DNA from: Octopus sinensis
Lineage: Eukaryota
Direction: 5' to 3'
Length of the DNA: 64,000 nt
NCBI RefSeq assembly: GCF_006345805.1
Contig: NC_043004.1
Span: 61,504,001 to 61,568,000 of the forward strand
Both the position numbers and the translations under genes were made by a program. The notes beneath the pieces were generated by a model. That model worked only from the letters and a program-made list of their open reading frames with translations. It had not been told where the DNA came from and made no database searches. Below, piece after piece: positions 42,352 to 54,109 of the stretch; positions within the stretch are counted from its first letter, which is position 1, and the number at the start of each line of letters is the position of its first letter.

Positions 42352-43905
42352 TCTATATATATATAAAACTGAGAATGTGTGTCTGTCTGTCTGTCTGTGT
42401 GTTTCCCTAAAACTTGAGAGCTACACAACGAATTCCATTCAAATTTTACACATGCCTTACTTAGGGTCCATGCAGTTTCATGGGCAAAAAAATGTTCAAC
42501 GTCTTGCCTAGAGCGAGCCCATAGCAATATCATATCTTCTCCACTATTTCAGTATTACGTGTTAAAAGTGAAACAAAAACATTTCCTTATTTTATGTCAG
42601 ATACTTTCATTTTAACAATAAAAATAATAATAACAATTGAATTATATGTAGTAAGTAATAAAGTCAAACTAAATAATCGTAACACAACAAAAGCAAAAAT
42701 AGCAATTGGTATAAAATTGCATCAATGACTTGAACTTGAATAAGTGGTTTCACATGAATGGGAATAAATTAAAAATAAAATTAGCGTGCAGAAATGGAAA
42801 AGTCCAGATGGAGCTGTGCTTTTACATTAGCTTATCTGCTAATTAGCTAGCATTAAGTATCTATATGAAGTTTGGCTTGTATTTTATATCTGTTTTCTCG
42901 AACAGCCGGTTCTACAGAATACTGCTGTTGGTTTATTTCTTATACATAAAGGACTAAACCGTCGACTGCTTACTGCTTTCTGATTCATCGTAAGCTTTGT
43001 TGTTATTAGTATTACTGTTTAACTATTGTTATCACGTTTGTTGGTTCCTCGTAAAGGAAACTTTGTTGTGTTGCATTTATTAAATAATTGTAATCTGTAA
43101 CCCTCTCCCTTTGGGAAAAGGAGCTTTGGTTATTGTTTAAAAATAGAATTGTGTCCCTGTTTGGGGAAATTGACAATATTTTCACCGTTTACACGGAAGC
43201 ATTTTTGTTAGAATGCCTTCGATAGGAGAAAGTCCAAAAATGAATTTCGCTGCAGCCGTCGGTGGGCGCGAACTCATTGAAAGTAAAATGGAAGAGATAC
43301 GGATTGATCACCGACAAAGACGGTGAATCTAGGATAAAACCACCAAACGAAATAAAGAAATTAATTAAAGAAAAGACTATTGTCTATAAAGTATACAATG
43401 TAGAGAAAAAAATGATTTGAACACCGAGAGGAAAGCGCAATCGGAACGTGTCTTTGTGCGATTATGAAAGATATCTAACTAGAGGCGGTTAATTCGCCAC
43501 AATAGAAGCAAGGTTCGAGTCAACGGAGCGTGCAAGGGAGTACTCGAGTCGAACCTTGCAAAGTGGAAATATTTTATTTTTACCTTTATATCTGGGACGT
43601 AGGACGTCCCGAATAAAATATAAAATGTTCCCCCAGAAGTAGAGGTAGGCTGGATTAGCCACACTTCTATACAAGAGGGAGGACAAGATAAAATTGATCG
43701 AAATTGCAAGAGACGTACAATTCCAGTCTGTTATATATTTTGAGTACTGTTATCACTAGCGATATCAAGATATAACTTTGTATTTTGTATTTTATGTGTA
43801 GATGTATATATATATAGATGTACATGTAATATGTAGACATATATATATATACACATATATACATGCACTAGCACTATGACCCGGCAAAGACGAGTTATAA
43901 TGCTA

Positions 43906-43906
<1 letters not shown>
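42352..43906 (+). mobile_element. Non-autonomous Helitron-like element
   Basis: 5' TCTATATATATAAAA followed by (GTCT)n; 3' imperfect hairpin atgacccggcaaagacgagttat followed by CTAG; inserted in (TA)n. Confidence 0.7.
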
Positions 43907-43953
<47 letters not shown>

Positions 43954-43976
43954 TATATACATAAATAAATATATAC

Positions 43977-44064
<88 letters not shown>

Positions 44065-44234
44065 ATGTATATATTTAGTTATGTATGTAAATATATATAT
44101 ATATATATAGGGAGAGAGAGAGAGATAGACAGATATAGATGTGTGTGTTTTGCCCTTTTTAACAATTAACACGGAAGTAAATGAATTTGAATAACACGTG
44201 TTTTTAACTCCATTTATATATATATATATATATA

Positions 44235-44578
44235 TTACGGAGTTGTTTTTTCATAGCAAGTGACCTGATCTGAGATCGTGTGCTGGAACGAAATCAGTTC
44301 CAGCGTGGCAGGTGTTTATAACCATTTAAGAAACACACAAAAACCGTTAGATTCACTTCAACATTTAAATTTAATTTGCCAAAATATTTTCGTCCCTTTT
44401 AAACCACGACCTGTTCAACGACAAAATTCGTGCTGCATCTCGGATTCTTGTCAGTGAGCAGGTCGCGGTCTGAGAGCGATGAAAATATTTTGACAAATTA
44501 AATTTAAACGTTGTAATGAATATAACGGCTTTGTGTGTTTCTTAAATGGCTTATAAACACCTTCCACGCTGCAATTGT
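44235..44578. mobile_element. Family F1 foldback with two inverted hammerhead-like folds; + strand G3-C8 core at 44448-44496
   Basis: ttgtca-GTGAGCA-g-gtcgc-ggtctgaga-gcgat-GAAA-atat-TT-tgacaa. Confidence 0.8.
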
Positions 44579-44635
44579 ATATATATATATATATATATAT
44601 TAATTATATATTTATATATATATATATACTCTCAA

Positions 44636-45606
44636 GAATATTTATACTGACATGGTTGCTATGGGCTGACGCTCCAGCTTTATCAACAGTGCAAAATTGT
44701 CAGCTGAATTTGATAGAAGGGAAAGTTTTGAAGATGACCCAAGATCTGGACGTTCTGTAATTATCAACACCAAATAATTTATTGATGATGTTCCCCACAT
44801 GTTGAGAATAAGCTGCAAAATTAACTTGACATGACGAAGGTTTCTGCTCCGTGGGTATCATGTATGCTGACTCCTGACGAAAACACACTAATCTGATCAT
44901 ATCAGGAAACACATCTGACGTTGCCTGAAGCATATCCAGTTGGATTCTTTGAACATGTCTTAACACTTGAGGAGAGTTGGGTTCATAATATGGAGCCAGA
45001 GGCAAAGAGACACTCCTTGTAGTGGAAGCATCCCTTCTCACCTGCTTCAACAAAGGCAAAGGTCGCTTTATTTGCAGGTAAGTCGATGGCCTCATAGTTT
45101 TGGGATGCGTTTATTGGCTATCTTCAAAATTACCTCACCATTAAAAGTAGAGCACTATGCCAAATTGCTGAGAAAGTTAAGAAAGTCTATCAAGAACCAA
45201 TGTCCAGTAAAGCTGAGGAAAGGGGTCCTGTTTCAGGAGGACAATGCCCGAGCACAATATACGTAGTATCAATGACAGTTATGTGTGACTGTAACGTTGA
45301 TTTAATTCATCACCATCTCCACCTATTCTCACGGTGTGGACCTATCTGATTAGCGCCTGTTCTCCAATAAAGAAGCGAAAGTTTTGGCTGGATTTAGTAT
45401 CGCAGGGATGATGACGTAATATCTGCTGTTTGTTAATTTTTGACCAATAGGTTCAAGTTTTCTTTGCTAACGAGATCCAATCAATGCATCATCTGTGGAA
45501 GCCTTGTGTGGAACGCAAGGAGGACTATGTCAAAAAATACACCTCAGTTGGTGACATTGCATAAGATTATCTTGGTTAGACCATGGACTTTACAGCCGAC
45601 TTTCGT
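44636..45606 (+). mobile_element. Decayed mariner transposase
   Basis: ESFEDDPRSGR; ESWVHNMEPEAKR; FWDA; LRKSIKNQCPVKLRKGVLFQEDNARA; WKPCVERKEDYVKK. Confidence 0.85.
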
Positions 45607-46467
45607 AGATCAAATAACTGCAATGACCTTTTTAAAATTGAGATAACACTTTTACAATATTTTTGCATCACTAATATTTTCAGTTATCGAACTAAAAGAC
45701 TCACACGGAATGAGACACAGATGAGTACAATGTACCCTTTCCTTTAGGTGTAAGGTTTTGATATCTAATAGATGACCTAAACTAGAATTAATCGCTCTAT
45801 ATTAACTATATTCTTTATGTAACAACTTAAAGGGATATGGCCCAGTTTCATCGACTGGAATTGTACACATTTTATTTAGATTATTTCCTTAAAAAATCAG
45901 CAAGTAGATTCTAAAGAGTTCGTATCTGATTTATTTCTGACATACTTTCGGATCGTTCGATACTCCATGAAATACTCACCGAAGCTGCAGTAGCTCACAT
46001 AGCTCCTGTATTCAGCTCTAACTGAATTGAGTCATTTTCCTTTATTCTATTGAGAATCTGTATAATACGCCAATCCACACACACACACACACACAAACAG
46101 ACACACAGCGTGCGCGCATACACAGACATACACACAAATACGCACACATACAGATACATGTTGCGAGGTGGCTGTCTGATACCTATGTCTGCGTAGAAGG
46201 TGCACGTGTGTTAAGCTGGGGTGCGGTGTGAGATGATAGCATCAGCTTCTTGATGTGTATGTGCATGCTTACTTTGATTGGTAAGTATGAGTGTGGTTGT
46301 GTAACCGCCATGTGTGACCACTCGCTTGCGTGAATATGTACCTGTGTGTATGTGTGTGTTTCTGTGTCTGTGCAAATACGTGTGCGTCGGTGCCTGCTGT
46401 TAATGGTTGTGTGCGCCTATGCATGTCTCGGCATATTTTCGTATGATTCAATGATGATAGTGAATAT

Positions 46468-46828
46468 GTAGAGTAGCACCTCGATTTTCGAACGACTCTG
46501 ATCACGAATAAATCGTGCTTTATATATATATATCTATTATATAAAATCCGATCTGTCTGTTTGTGTGTGTCTTCTAGAATTTCGGGCATCCTCCATCCGA
46601 TTGCGCTAGCATCGATCGCAAAAGATGATGTACTTACGCGTAAAAATGCACGTTCCTACGGCTTTATCGATCGCATTCTCACCTGCAATCGATTTTTTCG
46701 TTATTTTTTCAAGACTTATACACGCCCTGATACCGACCTTATCTACATATCAATATGTAGATACAGATACAGATATAAAGCATGAGTTATTCGTGATCAG
46801 ACGCATTCGTAAACCGAGGTATACCGTA
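46468..46828. mobile_element. MITE-like element with ~55-bp imperfect terminal inverted repeats and an internal Helitron-like 5' fragment
   Basis: acctcgattttcgaacgactctgatcacgaataa and ttattcgtgatcagacgcattcgtaaaccgaggt. Confidence 0.6.
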
Positions 46829-47062
46829 TTAAATGAATATAAGAAAGACTGGAGATAAAACACAATTCATTCGTGATCAGATGCGTTTGCAACTATTTTG
46901 AAACTTTGATCACAGAAGAATGCAAAATATGTAAATGATATGGAAAAAAAAAGATCCCAAAATTATATAACATCTTGAAAAACCGCCCTCAGAACATTAA
47001 CACAAAGATCTGCATATTAAACTGCTGTGTCCACCATGTGTTAATATATGGTACTGAGGCAT

Positions 47063-47116
<54 letters not shown>

Positions 47117-47635
47117 ATAAGTCATCTTGAAGTATGTAAGGACAGAGACGCTTGTTGACAAATTACTAAAATGTAGTTGTAAATATAAGTTTACAGTTGG
47201 CACTCATTGTGTCACATCGATGCCAATGGGCAATTTCATAACATCCATGTGACAAAAGAATATTTGCGAAAAAGCATGCGTTCGTTTCGAACTCAATGGA
47301 TTTTGGTTTGTATCCTTGTGCGTGGCCTTTTGGAGATTTGATATACCTATTATTATGGGTAATACTACATGTACTTTTCATATTTTTTATAGTGTGATGT
47401 AACTCTTTGGAATAGCAATGCATGTGGCTGAACAGAGATTTAAACCATCTTTTATATCTATTATACACTGATGTAAGAACAGGTCGTTTATAAAGCTTGA
47501 AACACGTGTACCGCGGCATCATTTGCGTCCTGTTTTTAATTTTATTTGATATATACCCTCTCACTTCTGCCACTAGCTGGCGTATACAGGTGCTTACACT
47601 TATGAAGTATTCACCCTACATTTTCAGTACCTATA

Positions 47636-47684
<49 letters not shown>

Positions 47685-47690
<6 letters not shown>

Positions 47691-47878
47691 TAAAGCAGCA
47701 GAAATTTCAACAAAACCTGTTACTCTGAGTTTCCCGTTGCCGTTCATCGGACAGTTCTAGCAACTCAGAGTAACAGGTTTTGTTGAATTTTCTGCTGCTT
47801 TAAATAAAGCATAGTACTCTACCACTGGTATCTGAGTACTCTATTTTCCACTTTGTTTCACATTTATGTGTTTACTCC

Positions 47879-47880
<2 letters not shown>
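47685..47880. mobile_element. Foldback element in (TA)n: 47-bp arms (47685-47731 and 47762-47808) and a minus-strand hammerhead-like fold (47717-47754)
   Basis: ctgt-CCGATGA-acggcaacgg-GAAAC-tcaga-GTA-acag; one mismatch between arms; stem II imperfect. Confidence 0.7.
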
Positions 47881-47959
<79 letters not shown>

Positions 47960-48001
47960 ATGTGGTTGTGTGTGTTTGTGTGTGTGCGTGCGTGTTAGTA
48001 T

Positions 48002-48072
<71 letters not shown>

Positions 48073-48811
48073 ATAGATGTATAGATAAATAGATAGATAC
48101 AAGATACAAGATACATAGATACATACATAAATACATAGAAATAAAAAAGAGATATATTGATAGATATTTATGGATACGCACACATATATATTTATTACTA
48201 CACACACATCAAGCGAGCGCCCACACACAACACACACACACTTATATTTATTTCCAAAACCTGATTGTTAGAAAAAAGTGTATGCTCCATTGATTTTATA
48301 TCGCATTCTTCACTGAGCATTAGCATTTATTTCAACTCTCACCACAAACACACATCACATGCACACGGATCCACTCAAACCCACTCAAATATGCGTCTTT
48401 GTATGTATATCTACATACATTCTCTTTTATGTATACCTTATATATAAACCGTAGTTGTAAAGCTCACTATTAGTTCATTTGGGATATATGTATATAGAAG
48501 TAATGGATTTAGTATAGAAATGAAAACGTATGCACATACGCTTGTATATTGGTTTAAATTAAATTACCTATTAATCTTCCTTCTCAAATTTCTTTAAAGC
48601 TGTAAACGATCTAACGTAGCCGCCTCATTGGTGCAACACAAGTGTAGAATTGTGAATTCATATATATAGATTTTGTTATTTCCTATTTATCTTTCTCACT
48701 GTCCCTGTTCTAAAAACATGTCCGTTTCTCTTCACCATTTACATAATGTATATATGTATATATATATATATATATACAAACACATATATATATATAACTA
48801 TATATATATTC

Positions 48812-48879
<68 letters not shown>

Positions 48880-50849
48880 TTGTGTGTATGCATATATATA
48901 TATGTAAATATATACATATATATATATATTTACATATATATAAATGTAAATATATATATATATAAATATATTTATAAATATATATATATATACATATATA
49001 TAAATATATAAATACATATATAAATACATATAAATTATATAAATACATATGTACATATGTATATATATATATGTATTTACATACATATATACATATTTAT
49101 GTATACATTTGTACATGCATATATACATATATCTATATACATGTGTATACGTATGTATCAGCGTCTACATGTTTGTCAACCTACTCTCTCTCTGTATATA
49201 TATATATATATATAACATGATTCATACGTCCGGAAAGTAATTGTCTTTACAGTGGTAATGTGCTTCTAGAGGCCGCCACATATTTTCCAATGATACAATT
49301 CCCAGCATTAACTAAATTCAATATTGATTTTTCTCTCCAGTGATTCCTATTGTTATACGACCAATGATGCAGCCACTCAATTTATTGTGCCTTGGTTGGA
49401 CCAATTTCACATTGGCATCAACAAATTTATCGATCAGTACCACTGTTTATCACTGTGAGCAATAACAATAAGCAACGTTCAGTTGCGAAGAACTGACAAC
49501 AAACGACTTCTAACCGATCAGAGTTAAGCAAATCTAAATTAATTGAGACGGTATGAAGTAGCATATTTTCCATATATCTATATTTACTTCATGATCAAGC
49601 TAACAGCACATGGGCTGGTTTTCTTGAGAAAAGCAGACTCCTTCGTGGATGTTTAGAAAGAGATCAATAACACGCGATCAGAACAATAAGGGGAAAGAAT
49701 AATTGCTAGTATTAGTGGACAGCTAAAGAAAACAGACGTTGACTGGGTCTTATAGTGTCTAGTATAACATTTAATTTCTCTTCATGTAAGTTGCAATGAA
49801 AGAAAATTTTAGTATCTCAGCTTATTCTCGTGTGTGCATGTGTTTGAGTGTGTGATGCTGTGTGTATGATTACGTATGTGTACACATTTCTGTACACACT
49901 CATGGACATACGAATACGAAATTATGAACATATATATTTCTGTCTATGTAAGAAGCTACACATCGACATATATATATATACATTTGTAAACGCACACATA
50001 CGAATACATAAAAATGCACATTCTTGAACATACAAACACATTAGTACTTTCGGAAGCACGTACATGTCATGTATGCACATACACACACACACTTACACAC
50101 AAACATACACATATGTATGCATATATATTTTTATATGTATTACAAAAAAAAACAGAAGCAAATTCATCACCAAGATTATATTGCAGAAATATGAAATTTC
50201 TGATATGTCAATGAGTTTATCATTCAGCATATCATCTTACAAATCTTAAGAAACATCGAGAAGTAGATAACATGATATCTTGTTCTACGCTTCCGCTACT
50301 AGTTGTTTTTCCTTGGGATATTAATACATAGACTGAGAAGCTTTTGAACTCACTTTGTGTGCGTGTTTTAACGCCTACAGGCTTTACTTTACTCAAACAC
50401 AAATACGCTGCGTTTTTTCCGTAACACACACAATCTAGTGCACATACATATACATACATACACACACACACATACATACATACATACATACATACATACA
50501 TACATACATACATACATACATACATACATACATACATAGATTTTAATTTTTCAGTCAGAGCCAAATAGAATATTTTTTTGAGCTATCAATATTTTTCATA
50601 CATGAACAAGCAGTCTACGCAACATTTAATAACACGCCTTGTTTCTTTCCGAGAAATCTTCGGGTTCTGAAGGCATGATATAAGGGAGATAACCCACTCT
50701 CGCCTTCAGGGATTGTTTATTTTTTGTTTAGTAACTAATTGACGGTAACAGGATTCTACCTCCACAGTTTGAAGAGTATATGGCCTTCGTCCTTAGATAC
50801 TGACGAGTCGTCCACAATGCTAAGCGGGCTATGTATGCAAAACTATTGG

Positions 50850-51886
50850 CCACTCTTTGACGGGACATATACTTCAGTTCATTGCTTCACCTGCACTTCT
50901 ACCAATATCATCTATTGCATCTCCTGCCATTCCCTGTACATCGGACAAATGGGACGCTTAGCTGACCGGTTAGCGGAACACCTCCCTCCTTTGTGCTATA
51001 TGAGCTCAACTCTCCACCCATCTTCATCTAACCTCCTCCCCTTGCCTCTCTCCCCCTCCCTCCTACGTCCTCCCACCCACCTCTCCTCTCTTGCTCCGAC
51101 TCTTTCTTCCCTTCAATCCTACTTCTCTTCACTCCTACTCTCTTTCTCTCTTCTCTCTTACTCTCTTTCTCTCTTCTCACATACCCATCTTCCCTATCCC
51201 CCTTTCATCGTCAACCCTCCCACATAAGCCCACCCCACCCATACATATTCCTACTCCACCTTCCCTATCCCACCTCATCACATCCCTTACGCCTTCTCCC
51301 ACATACCCCCACCCTCTGCCTACCTACAAATCCCACCTCTACCCCAACCTCTGCCTACCCACATACCCCAACTCTACTCTAACCCTCAGCCTAACCCACA
51401 CCCCACCCGTGATTTCCTCACTCTCGCCTCCCCCACCTCCCAACAACATCACACCACACCACACTACACCATTCCACACTACACATCACATCACAACACA
51501 CCACCCACACATCAGCACTGACCAATTCCCATCCCCACATTCTCACACCTACACATATACACAGGCACACATCAAGACCACCAGCCCCCTTTCACACGCT
51601 TGTACGTACTTTCTTATACACACACGCACCTTCGTTTAAGGGATCATATTTACATTGTTATCTTCCCTACTTCTTCACCCTCCTGTGTGATCCTTCTGTC
51701 CGGCAGTCACCATGATAGATCGGTAGCCACTACACACATTTTGTTTTTCTCTCCTGTTGTCTTTCTGTAGAAGAGTGTAGGCTCGAAACATAAAAGACTT
51801 TTTTCAATTCCTGAGCGTTATACTAATACATCTGTTTGTTTTCTACACCACCTATCTCCGTCGTTAGTTTTTTCGTGAACTCTCCC

Positions 51887-51887
<1 letters not shown>
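50850..51887 (+). mobile_element. Decayed Penelope-like 3' end: GIY-YIG fragment, C-rich low-complexity spacer, terminal repeat with hammerhead-like motif (51761-51796)
   Basis: FTCTSTNIIYCISCHSLYIGQMGRLADRLAEHL; cttt-CTGTAGA-agag...ctc-GAAAC-ATA-aaag; ends in (TA)n. Confidence 0.75.
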
Positions 51888-51959
<72 letters not shown>

Positions 51960-51979
51960 GTGTGTGTGTGTATGTATTA

Positions 51980-52281
51980 TGTATCCCTAACACTCTTAAC
52001 GTTAATGATAGGATAGAATACATTCACCCAAGCCACGCTTTTGTTACCCTTAAGGACCATAAAGCTAATTACAGCAGAAACGGCAAATGTAGAGTAATCA
52101 ACCCAGCTAAAACAGAAATAGTTATTTACATTATCTACATTATTTACTTTGGACAGATATTTGTCGCTATCTTGTTTATTGTTAACACAACGTTTCGGTT
52201 GATATACCCACCAGCCTTCATAAGGTGTCTTGGGGAATTTTCGAACCTGGGTTCTCATTCCTAATGTATTTTTGATGTTAA

Positions 52282-52314
<33 letters not shown>

Positions 52315-52394
52315 GGCGTAGTGGTTAAGTGCGTGGGCTACTTTCCCCAAGATTCCGATTTCGATTCTAGGCAGTGACCAGAATAATAATGATG

Positions 52395-52449
<55 letters not shown>

Positions 52450-53230
52450 CAACAACGTCGACAACAACAACATCAACAAAAATACATTAGGAGTGAGAAC
52501 CCAGGTTAGATATTTCCCCAATACATCTGAGGAGGGCTGGAGGGTATATCAGCCGAAACATTGTGTTAACAACAAACAAAATGAGAACAAATATCCGTCA
52601 AATCTAAATAATGTACATAATTCCTCATCCCTTAAATATAGAACTGCAGAAAGAGGTATTATTAGTAAAAATATATTAAATTCTGTTTTAAACAAATTAA
52701 ATAGAGAATTAAATTTACGTATTTGGGGAAATAGTAAGTTATAGATGTGTTTAAGGGAATTAGCCATAAATGTAATTTCAAATTTACACAGTTCGATACT
52801 GTCGATTTATACCCGTTAATAGCCAGTCATTTACTTCTTAAAGCATTAGACTTCGTTACAATCAACAGTTCGGAGAAATCCTTCCCATTTTACGATGATT
52901 CAACCTGGGTCAAAAAGATATGCCGATGGGCGCTTATGATGGGGTAAAGTTATGTATGTTTATAACAGCCTATACTTTGCATCACCTGCACCTGGAATTC
53001 CCTTTTGTAGATCAGGATTATACTGAGTTACGGTATTATATTCACCCATAATTTGAACGGCTTTGAGTTAGATTTAGGAAGAATCTTATTACTTTCTTCC
53101 AAAGAATGGGCCTACGGATTACGATAGATACTAACCTTAATAATGTAGATTTATTTATATGCTAATTTAGATTTGCTATTAGATAAATTAAACCCTAACG
53201 TAAGCTTAATGAAAGACTATTTTATACAGG
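51980..53230 (+). mobile_element. Decayed Penelope-like reverse transcriptase, interrupted by the insertion at 52122-52646
   Basis: AFVTLKDHKANYSRNGKCRVINPAKTEI | GIISKNIL; QFDTVDLYP; MGAYDG; GLRITIDTNLNNVD. Confidence 0.8.
52122..52646 (+). mobile_element. tRNA-headed SINE-like element with a hammerhead-bearing tail and a 5' inverted copy of the tail; 9-bp target-site duplication
   Basis: A box TGGCGTAGTGG (52314), B-box-like TTCGATTC (about 52360), (AAT)n, hammerhead 52523-52566, inverted copy 52184-52229; TSD cagaaatag/cagaaagag. Confidence 0.8.
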
Positions 53231-53359
53231 CATACCTAACTCTACATCGTTAATGGTTTGCGAGAGACACGACTTAAGTCGAAATACGACTCAAGTCGAA
53301 TTAACTTGTCTGTAGGCTAGGCTAGGCCGAACTTACTTTTCATATTATTATCATTATTA

Positions 53360-53426
<67 letters not shown>

Positions 53427-53650
53427 TTATTATTATTATTATTATATTCATGCGTTTATGCTTATCTGTATATCGTATGCGTGTTTACATGCAAGTTACT
53501 ATTGAATATATGTATATATAAGTGAGTATGTATGCATATTTCATTATTATTTTTCCTCATTCCCCTTTTCCTTATCGTAAGATGATTTAGTGAACACAAT
53601 TACGTTCTCTCTCTTTTTCTATCTTTTCTATCTTTATTTCTCTCTCTCTC

Positions 53651-53695
<45 letters not shown>

Positions 53696-54109
53696 CCATT
53701 CTACAACTTCTTTTTTTCTTCTAGCCACCGCCTCTTATTCTTAATCGGATTCTTTTCTAACGACCAGCAATGGAGTTGCGACTTCAAATTATACGCACAA
53801 AGATGTATGATGTGTATAAATATATATATGTGTGTGTGTGTGTGTGTGCGTGCGTGTGTATGCGTGCGTGTTTGTGTGTGCATGTGTGTGTGTTTGTGTG
53901 TGCATGTATGTGTGTGTATAGATACCTAACTATACATTACTACATATAATCATATTTATATTTTATTTTGCCTGTGTATGTTTGTAGATATGTATATATG
54001 CATGTATTAGCATTTGTATGTTTAATGTACATATTATGTTTATGTTTTTTAGTGTGTTTATTTTTAGGCCATTTCATTTATGTAAATGTATATTATTATA
54101 AAACAGACG

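Noticed and set aside
47468-47512. CTGATGT-aag...ctt-GAAAC-acgt-GTA hammerhead-like string
   Set aside because: A9 is changed and stem I cannot pair; at most a dead remnant
50799-50815. CTGACGA motif
   Set aside because: No partner stem II or GAAA
50990-51640. Long Pro/Ser/His/Thr-rich ORFs (50739-51227 and 51091-51639)
   Set aside because: C-rich low-complexity spacer of a decayed PLE; the frames stay open because of base composition
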